A program made the position numbers and the translations under genes. Positions 57,616 to 64,000 of a DNA stretch of 64,000 nt are shown here, piece by piece. Under the pieces are notes generated by a model, which did not search any database, was not told the origin of the DNA, and saw nothing but the letters and a program-made list of their open reading frames with translations. The DNA is from an uncultured Pelagimonas sp. (GTDB lineage: Bacteria > Pseudomonadota > Alphaproteobacteria > Rhodobacterales > Rhodobacteraceae). The DNA lies in contig CANMPP010000006.1 in NCBI GenBank assembly GCA_947499735.1, positions 100,966 to 164,965 on the forward strand. Reading direction: 5' to 3'. The stretch's first letter is position 1, and every line of letters begins with the position of its first letter.

Positions 57616-58598
57616 GCGCAGCCCCACAAAAAACAAAATCAGGATCCGAAACGCTAAATGTTGTTGTTTCGGCAAAAGTTCCGGTGACCGACCTGGTCAC
57701 GAGATTTGAATTCACTCGCACGGACGGCGCCCCCTTTCCTCCCTTTTCCGGGGGGGCGCATACGGTCGTGACGATGCAGGACGGTGACCGGACCCGAATG
57801 AATGCCTATTCCTTGATGTCGGACCCAGCGGATTTGGGCATATATGCCATTTCTGTGCGTAGGGATGATACAGGGCGTGGCGGATCAAAATTCATGCATG
57901 AACATGTCGCGGCGGGTGATGAAATCACCATTACCTACCCAGTGAACCTGTTCAGCCTTGATTTGACGGCCAAGAAACACATCTTTTTCGCAGGTGGCAT
58001 TGGAATTACGCCCTTCATGTCCATGATTGGGCAATTGGATCAGATCGGTGGCAATTGGGAATTGCACTACAGCGCACGTTCTGCTGCGCTGGGGGCCTAT
58101 GCAGATGTGTTACGCGAAAAATACCCGCATAAAGTTCATCTGTATTGCGATGACGCAGATCAACATATCCCGCTGGAAGCAATTCTAAGTGGTCAGCCTT
58201 TGGGCACGCATACCTATGTTTGCGGCCCCGAGGGTATGATTTCATGGGTACATAGCACGGCGGCCAGCTTGGGATGGCCAGAGGCGCATGTGCATTCCGA
58301 AGCTTTCTTGGCTCCAGAACCGGGCCAGCCGTTCGAGGTGCGTCTTTGCAAGTCTGACAAAACCATCACGGTGGGTGAAAATGAAAGCCTGCTCGAAGCG
58401 ATTGAACGGGCAGGGGTCGATGCGCCATTCCTGTGCCGCGGTGGGTCGTGCGGGATGTGTGAGACCGATGTGGTGACGGCTGACGGTACATTTTTGCATC
58501 GTGATTACTGGCTGGAACAAGAAGAACAGGCAGCGGGCAAGAAAATCATGCCCTGTGTCAGTCGCTTTTTGGGCGGCGTATTGGAGCTGGACAGATGA
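57612..58598 (+). CDS. dmmB: Dimethylamine monooxygenase reductase subunit (phthalate-dioxygenase-reductase-like: FMN + NAD(P)H + 2Fe-2S)
   Basis: Flavin-reductase region, nucleotide-binding GGIGITPF and a C-terminal plant-type ferredoxin motif CRGGSCGMCE. Confidence 0.8.
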   Translation: MSAAPQKTKSGSETLNVVVSAKVPVTDLVTRFEFTRTDGAPFPPFSGGAHTVVTMQDGDRTRMNAYSLMSDPADLGIYAISVRRDDTGRGGSKFMHEHVAAGDEITITYPVNLFSLDLTAKKHIFFAGGIGITPFMSMIGQLDQIGGNWELHYSARSAALGAYADVLREKYPHKVHLYCDDADQHIPLEAILSGQPLGTHTYVCGPEGMISWVHSTAASLGWPEAHVHSEAFLAPEPGQPFEVRLCKSDKTITVGENESLLEAIERAGVDAPFLCRGGSCGMCETDVVTADGTFLHRDYWLEQEEQAAGKKIMPCVSRFLGGVLELDR

Positions 58599-59662
58599 CC
58601 ATTCAATTCAACGACGAAACCTTTCGCGACGATTATTCCTTCCGCAATTCTGACTGGGCGATCAAACGCTTTCCGTTCCCCTTCCACGAAGACAGCTACA
58701 TGTATTCGATGAATGCAGAACAGCATCGCGGCGGGCCTGCGGGATCCGTGTTTGAGAAACGGTTTGACGTGGATGAACACTATATTTCGGAAATGCGCGA
58801 TAGGGCCATTGTGCTGGATCAGGATCCGCTGCGCTGCCAGTCCTTGCCGCATATGACGCTTGCGGGATGGGATCTGTTGGAACTGATCATGGTGTCCAAA
58901 TCTGAGGATTACCCGGATCTGTTCGAACTGTATCGCGATGGCGCGCAATGGCGTTGGGTGAACAAACCCTTGGGCATTGATGACACGTTCACGTTTATGG
59001 ACGAAACCACGTTGCCATATGGTCCGTTGGAATACATCACGCGTCAGTCTCAGGGTGATTTTGCGCTATTGGACCAGCGTGAAAACAATCTGTGGATGGA
59101 TGCCGGTATGATCACCACGCAGGCCGATTGGTCGCTAGATTTTGACATCGGCATGAACTTTTTCGAATGGCATGCACCTGTGCCTTTGGCCCATGAAATG
59201 GGTATTTTCAAACGGGCGTTGAAATTTCTGATGAATATCCAACAAGGTGCGCCGGGGCGGCGTTTAAATTGGACGATGACGGTCAACCCATTACTGGATA
59301 CCTCGCCTGAGAATTATCACAAATGGGGTATTCAAAAGACCAGTCTGACGCCTGAAAATATCGGTGCGAAACAGCATGTCCGGGTTGAATTACAGACATT
59401 CTATCGTTTGCCGCGCTCCAATGCGCTGGCCTTTCCGATCCGCTGTTATCTGTGCAGCTTTCAGGATCTGATGACGGTGCCCAAATGGGGGCGTCGCCTG
59501 CACCGTGTTGTGCGCGATCTGCCCGTGGAGCTGGCGACCTATAAGGGGTTTATCGACAATCGACCGATGATGCTGGACTATCTCAGCCAGTTTGACGATG
59601 GCCTGCCCACCAGCTTTGGTGTGTTCCCGGACCTCGACAGCGAACCACCTTTGCAAAAGTGA
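58595..59662 (+). CDS. dmmC: Dimethylamine monooxygenase catalytic subunit (heme-dependent oxidative N-demethylase alpha, DUF3445-like)
   Basis: 355 aa, ATGA-coupled to dmmB. Its size and position match the alpha subunit of the four-component HODM/Dmm enzyme. I did not read the family assignment from a strict motif. Confidence 0.7.
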   Translation: MTIQFNDETFRDDYSFRNSDWAIKRFPFPFHEDSYMYSMNAEQHRGGPAGSVFEKRFDVDEHYISEMRDRAIVLDQDPLRCQSLPHMTLAGWDLLELIMVSKSEDYPDLFELYRDGAQWRWVNKPLGIDDTFTFMDETTLPYGPLEYITRQSQGDFALLDQRENNLWMDAGMITTQADWSLDFDIGMNFFEWHAPVPLAHEMGIFKRALKFLMNIQQGAPGRRLNWTMTVNPLLDTSPENYHKWGIQKTSLTPENIGAKQHVRVELQTFYRLPRSNALAFPIRCYLCSFQDLMTVPKWGRRLHRVVRDLPVELATYKGFIDNRPMMLDYLSQFDDGLPTSFGVFPDLDSEPPLQK

Positions 59663-59710
59663 TCCGACCTTGTTGTACGTGCTGTTGATCCTGATTTTGG
59701 GATCGGTAGC

Positions 59711-60352
59711 CTATGTATTTTGGGGGTAGCTGATGATCGACAAATAGCGCGATGGCAGTTTGATCAGCTCAACCGGGCCATGTGGGGCATCTGCGTCAAA
59801 GAACAAAGTATCGCCAGGCTTAAGATGGTATTCTTTGTCGCTATGCCGATAGGTGACTTCACCCTCTAACATATATATCGTTTCGATACCGCCATGCTGG
59901 AACGTCGGGAAAATATCGGACTTTTCGGTCAACGTGATCATGTAGGGTTCGACAATCACGCCGCTGGAATTCGCGCCGATATGACCAAGCAGATTATATT
60001 GGTGATTGGCCCGTGTGCCTTCACGTTCTAATTCAACACCTTCGCCGCTTTTTGTGTGCACTGCGCCCCTGGATTCTTCGAACCCTTTGAAAAATGCCGT
60101 GATCGGCAAAGAAAGCGCATGGGCCAATGTCTGTAGCGTCGTCAAAGACGGTGATGTGTTGCCGTTTTCGATTTTGGACAACATGCCAATCGACAGACCT
60201 GTTGCTTCTGAAAGCTCGGCCACTGTGATGTTTTGTTTGTGACGATGGGCCCGTACTTCGCGCCCAATGGCTACCTCTAAAACCTTTTCAGAAGTTTCAC
60301 GAACACTGTGTGGATCTTGGGATAAGGGAGATGCAGCCATTGATTTCATCAT
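59711..60352 (-). CDS. XRE-family HTH regulator with a C-terminal cupin domain
   Basis: HTH_3 region ITVAELSEATGLSIGMLSKIENG. Cupin-like C-terminus (ETIYMLEGEVTY...GDTLFFDADAPHG). Confidence 0.85.
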   Translation of the reverse strand: MMKSMAASPLSQDPHSVRETSEKVLEVAIGREVRAHRHKQNITVAELSEATGLSIGMLSKIENGNTSPSLTTLQTLAHALSLPITAFFKGFEESRGAVHTKSGEGVELEREGTRANHQYNLLGHIGANSSGVIVEPYMITLTEKSDIFPTFQHGGIETIYMLEGEVTYRHSDKEYHLKPGDTLFFDADAPHGPVELIKLPSRYLSIISYPQNT

Positions 60353-60466
60353 TAAATAACTTTCGAGCCTTTTAAAGTTTTGGCGCTAGAAAGCAAGGAA
60401 CAGATCGGTATCAAAAATCCAAGGTGGTGACGATATGTGCCCTTTGGCCGTTTTTGGGCATGGTGT

Positions 60467-61042
60467 CTATGCAATGGATCGCGCCGCAACGGTGAGTGCG
60501 TGATACAATGAAGCGGCAGAAGATCGCGGGCCTAAGATTAACAATGCCTCGGGTGCGAGGGTTAGAGCAAAACAATTCATTTGATGAATCATGGTGCGCT
60601 GAACTTGGTGGCTGCCTAGTTTGCGAAGGGGCACGTTGCATAAGCGTTCCATCATGTCGCACACAGTGCTGCCCGACACATCCAGCGCCACCCAACCCCC
60701 CGATTGTTCGGTGACGGATGCGGTATCGCGGAACTCTGCTTTTACATCTGAAGCAAGATCGCTGAATGACTGGCTTGAACAACACAGCATCCATTGATGT
60801 CGCCCGACCCAGAAACCGAACTGATCGTCGTGCGTAACGACCTGACCAATATCTGGCGCGCGACCCAACAAAATTTCCAATTGTGTAACACAATCCGCTT
60901 TATGGCCGCGACGTGCCGCAACCGAGGCAAGCTCTAAATCTGTACGTTCCTGAATCTGGATTGCGCCAATGGTCGCAGAGGCCATGTTCAAGCTGGGCAA
61001 AGGTTTTAGGTCAGACACGCAACCGTTCTCCTTCTGGGTCAA
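60467..61042 (-). CDS. mgdD: Gamma subunit of a heterotetrameric sarcosine-oxidase-type enzyme; by context N-methylglutamate dehydrogenase subunit D
   Basis: About 175-191 aa directly downstream of the alpha subunit. The start is uncertain among ATG 61042, GTG 61018 (9 nt after AAGGAG) and ATG 60985. Confidence 0.7.
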   Translation of the reverse strand: MTQKENGCVSDLKPLPSLNMASATIGAIQIQERTDLELASVAARRGHKADCVTQLEILLGRAPDIGQVVTHDDQFGFWVGRHQWMLCCSSQSFSDLASDVKAEFRDTASVTEQSGGWVALDVSGSTVCDMMERLCNVPLRKLGSHQVQRTMIHQMNCFALTLAPEALLILGPRSSAASLYHALTVAARSIA

Positions 61043-63947
61043 CGAAATGAGGGCTGCAGAGTTCTACGGTGATGTCCACATCCGTGAGAGGACTGACCAA
61101 GCGCAGTGTTTCCCCCAACCGGTTGGCCCCATCTTTGACAAAGCCTAGGCCGATGTGATGGCCGAGCGTGGGTGAAAAACACGCTGATGTCACATAGCCC
61201 TGATCATGGGTGGCATCGACTGGCCCTTGTGCATTCATCAAATGCGCGCCTGCGGGGACCTTATCGTCCAAGTTAACGGGCTTAATCCCGACTTGGCGTA
61301 AATCGCCCGGGGCATTCAGGCCCTCCCGCCGGGACAGAACCGCGCCGATACTGTCCTTTTTGGTGGATACCATACGACCAAGGCCTAGATTTTGCGCCGT
61401 TGTCGTGCCGTTCAATTCATTTCCAGCGGCATGGCCCTTTTCGATCCGCATCACGCTTAACGCTTCTGTGCCATAAGGGCTGATGTCATAATCGGCGCCA
61501 ACTTCCATAAGTCGCCGGATCAACGCATCGCCATAGGCGGTCGGAACCGCGATTTCATACGCCAATTCGCCGCTGAAACTGATACGGAACAGACGTGCGC
61601 GCAGTCCGCCGCAAATTGTAATATTGGCACAGGCCATGAACGGAAAGGCGTCATTGCTGATGTCTTGATCAACGATTTTTTGCAGCACATGACGGCTGTT
61701 CGGGCCGGCGACGGAAAACTGCGCCCAAGCATCCGTCGTTGAGATCATTTGCACATCCATATCCGGGCACAGGCATTGATGGACAAATTCCATATGGCGG
61801 TAGACCGAAACCGCATTGGCGGTGGTGGTTGTGACGACAAAATGATCCTCGGCCAACCGTGCGGCGGTACCATCGTCTTTTGCAATGCCATCCTCGCGCA
61901 ACATCACGCCGTATCGCACTTTTCCTACAGCCAGTTTTGCAAAACCATTGCAGTAAACTTTGTTCAGGAAAGCCGCGGCATCACTGCCTTGCACATCAAT
62001 TTTCCCCAGCGTCGTGACATCGCAGACGCCTACGGAATTGCGTGTGGCGAGGACCTCGCGATCTACGCTGTCCCGCCAGGTTGTTTCGCCGCTGCGGGGA
62101 TACCATTGCGCGCGCATCCAGTTGCCAACCTCGACAAAAACAGCCCCCTGTTCTTCGGCCCATTTATGTGACGGGGTCAGCCGTTTGGGGTGGAATTCCT
62201 GTTCGCGATGCCGTCCTGCGAAAGCGCCAATTGCAACGGGCGTATATGGGGGGCGGAAGATCGTTGTGCCAACCGCTTCAATCGGTTTGTCTTCTAGCTC
62301 GGCCATAATGGCCATTCCGAGCAGATTTGAAGTTTTGCCCTGATCTGTGGCCATGCCAAGGGTCGTGTAGCGTTTCAAATGCTCGACAGACCGAAACCCT
62401 TCCTGATGGCTAAGTTTCACATCCTTGACTGTGACATCGTTTTGTTGATCGACCCACGCACGGGATGCGCCTTGGACATACCAAAATGGCGTGATTTCTA
62501 CGGGCGCATTTTCGGCCGCTGGCACATCTGGCAGGTTCGCGGATAGATCCAGTGCTTGTGCGGCAGCGGTGACACCCGTTGCCAACGCATCATAGGTCGA
62601 CATTGCGCCTGCGGCTGCACCCGCGACCAACATGCCTGCAGGCATGTCACCCGGCACAAAGGCCTGTTGTTGCGCATTCCAAACGGGCCGTCCCCGTTGA
62701 TGGCAGGTCAGGTGGACATTCGGGTTCCATCCGCCAGAAACCCCAAGTGCGCCGCATTCAATAATACGGGTGCTGCCATCTTGCAGCTGGACGTCAACAA
62801 ATCTGAGACCCAAGCGCCCGGTCGTGTTGATCACTTGCGCCCCACGGAGCACTTCAAAATCCATGGACATGGGTGCATCGGGGCGAACATCAACGACGAT
62901 GACCTGTACACCTTTGGCATGTAGATCCTGCGCCGTTCTGTGCGCATCATCATTATTGGCAAAGACAACAGCCCTTTGATCGACAGCCACCGCAAACCGA
63001 TTTGCATAGCTGCGCAGGGCCGAGGCCAGCATAATGCCCGGACGATCATTGTTTTCAAAGGCAATAGGGCGTTCGATCGCGCCTGCGGCCAACACGGTTT
63101 TGCCTGCATAGATCCGCCACAGTATCTGACGTGGTTTATCGGCCTCTGAAACGGAAAGGTGATCGCCCAACCGTTCTACTGCGCCATAAATTCCATGATC
63201 AAAGGCACCGATGACGGTTGTGCGCGGCATCAGGCGGACATTGGGATATGTGGCCAGTTCGGCCACGGTCGCAGCGGCCCAATCTGCGCCAGATTGATCG
63301 GCAATTGTCAGGGTTTCGCTGTTCAGCTGTCCACCCAGCTTGAAATCTTCATCGGCCAAAATGACATCAGCGCCCGAACGTGCCGCAGTTAACGCCGCCA
63401 TCAAACCGGATGGGCCCGATCCAATAACCAGCAGATCGCAATGCAGAAACCCTTTGTCATAGACGTCGGGGTCGTCTTTTTCTGACATTGCCCCAAGTCC
63501 AGCTGCCCGCCGGATCACTGGTTCGTATAGCTTTTCCCAAAAGGCTGCAGGCCACATAAACGTTTTATAGTAGAAACCCGCGGTTAGAAAATTCGACATC
63601 AGGTCGTTCACGGCCAGCACGTCAAATTTCAACGAACCGATACGGTTCTGTGATGTCGCGGATAACCCGTCAAATAGCTCGGCGGTGGTGGCCCGCGTGT
63701 TGGGTTCGCGAAGCGCACCATTGCGCAGCTCTACCAGCGCATTGGGTTCCTGCGAACCAGCACTGAAGGGGCCACGTGGACGGTGATATTTAAAACTGCG
63801 CCCCATAAGGCGCACGCCATTGGCCAGAAGCGCCGAGGCCAATGTATCGCCGGGATGGCCGGTGTAGCGGCGACCATCAAAAGAAAAATTCAGGCTTTGG
63901 CTGTGATCGATCTGGCCGCCGGTCAGTCGGTTTTTGGCAGAGCTCAT
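61011..63947 (-). CDS. mgdC: Alpha subunit of a sarcosine-oxidase-type enzyme; by context N-methylglutamate dehydrogenase subunit C
   Basis: 978 aa. NAD/FAD motif LVIGSGPSGLMAALTAA and a C-terminal GcvT-fold folate-binding domain (RISFSGELAYEI). Confidence 0.85.
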   Translation of the reverse strand: MSSAKNRLTGGQIDHSQSLNFSFDGRRYTGHPGDTLASALLANGVRLMGRSFKYHRPRGPFSAGSQEPNALVELRNGALREPNTRATTAELFDGLSATSQNRIGSLKFDVLAVNDLMSNFLTAGFYYKTFMWPAAFWEKLYEPVIRRAAGLGAMSEKDDPDVYDKGFLHCDLLVIGSGPSGLMAALTAARSGADVILADEDFKLGGQLNSETLTIADQSGADWAAATVAELATYPNVRLMPRTTVIGAFDHGIYGAVERLGDHLSVSEADKPRQILWRIYAGKTVLAAGAIERPIAFENNDRPGIMLASALRSYANRFAVAVDQRAVVFANNDDAHRTAQDLHAKGVQVIVVDVRPDAPMSMDFEVLRGAQVINTTGRLGLRFVDVQLQDGSTRIIECGALGVSGGWNPNVHLTCHQRGRPVWNAQQQAFVPGDMPAGMLVAGAAAGAMSTYDALATGVTAAAQALDLSANLPDVPAAENAPVEITPFWYVQGASRAWVDQQNDVTVKDVKLSHQEGFRSVEHLKRYTTLGMATDQGKTSNLLGMAIMAELEDKPIEAVGTTIFRPPYTPVAIGAFAGRHREQEFHPKRLTPSHKWAEEQGAVFVEVGNWMRAQWYPRSGETTWRDSVDREVLATRNSVGVCDVTTLGKIDVQGSDAAAFLNKVYCNGFAKLAVGKVRYGVMLREDGIAKDDGTAARLAEDHFVVTTTTANAVSVYRHMEFVHQCLCPDMDVQMISTTDAWAQFSVAGPNSRHVLQKIVDQDISNDAFPFMACANITICGGLRARLFRISFSGELAYEIAVPTAYGDALIRRLMEVGADYDISPYGTEALSVMRIEKGHAAGNELNGTTTAQNLGLGRMVSTKKDSIGAVLSRREGLNAPGDLRQVGIKPVNLDDKVPAGAHLMNAQGPVDATHDQGYVTSACFSPTLGHHIGLGFVKDGANRLGETLRLVSPLTDVDITVELCSPHFVDPEGERLRV

Positions 63948-64000
63948 AGGGACCTCCCAGCCAAGCGGGCAACATCTTTGGCAAATTCCACTTTGGTGAT
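63944..64000 (-). CDS. mgdB: Delta subunit of the sarcosine-oxidase-type enzyme (C-terminal 18 codons only)
   Basis: My translation of the minus strand gives ...ITKVEFAKDVARLAGRSL*. Its TGA overlaps the alpha-subunit ATG (ATGA). The assignment comes from the conserved beta-delta-alpha-gamma gene order. Confidence 0.55.
   Translation of the reverse strand: MTKVEFAKDVARLAGRSL

Noticed and set aside
60411-60893. 160-aa minus-strand ORF overlapping the gamma-subunit gene in another frame.
   Set aside because: It is fully contained in the mgdD/soxG-like gene region. Its translation is Arg/Cys-rich with no motif, and the alternative frame fits the conserved alpha-gamma operon order.
1-64000. Mobile elements, prophage genes, CRISPR arrays, tRNA/rRNA genes and toxin-antitoxin or defence-system genes.
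   Set aside because: Reading all ORFs and every intergenic spacer over 60 bp, I found no transposase, integrase or recombinase-like translation, no regularly spaced direct-repeat array and no cloverleaf-sized conserved RNA candidate. I cannot exclude small ncRNAs without covariance-model searches.

Overview
By gene content this looks like a gene-dense chromosomal segment of a marine alphaproteobacterium, probably Rhodobacteraceae or roseobacter-like (inference). I saw no rRNA, tRNA, CRISPR array, transposase or integrase. About 58 CDS are supportable. Left to right: (1) a Dpp/Opp-type peptide ABC importer with a 680-aa binding protein (1-5707). (2) A FecBCDE/Btu-type ABC importer translationally coupled to a SAM methyltransferase (5875-9715). 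(3) A carbohydrate ABC importer operon that also carries an argininosuccinate-lyase paralogue, a PfkB kinase, a micro-ORF and an MBL hydrolase; it is divergent from a ROK regulator and a 770-aa PIG-L deacetylase (9831-20987). (4) A pipecolate/lysine-type oxidative module: FAD oxidase, ALDH7/P6C dehydrogenase and a DadA-like dehydrogenase (21016-25251). (5) A DctB/DctD-like sigma-54 two-component pair with a TAXI-TRAP transporter (25495-32199). (6) An RpiR regulator, a BKACE enzyme and a class-III aminotransferase (32291-35419). (7) A four-gene sulfotransferase/Wzx/GT2/sulfotransferase module (35416-39462). (8) A racemase-superfamily protein, an AGCS symporter and an EamA exporter (39477-42810). 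(9) A ~21 kb methylated-amine catabolic island with tdm, tmm, gmaS, mgsABC, amt, dmmDABC and mgd(B)CD (42918-64000). The island is the dominant system, but its core is established biology. The parts that look undescribed are the lyase-containing sugar locus, the sulfation module, the BKACE/aminotransferase pair, the methyltransferase-coupled Fec-like importer, and several small items: two micro-ORFs, nested palindromic operators and hairpins after binding-protein genes. Every functional call rests on motifs I could read in the translations plus gene context; no database search was run.
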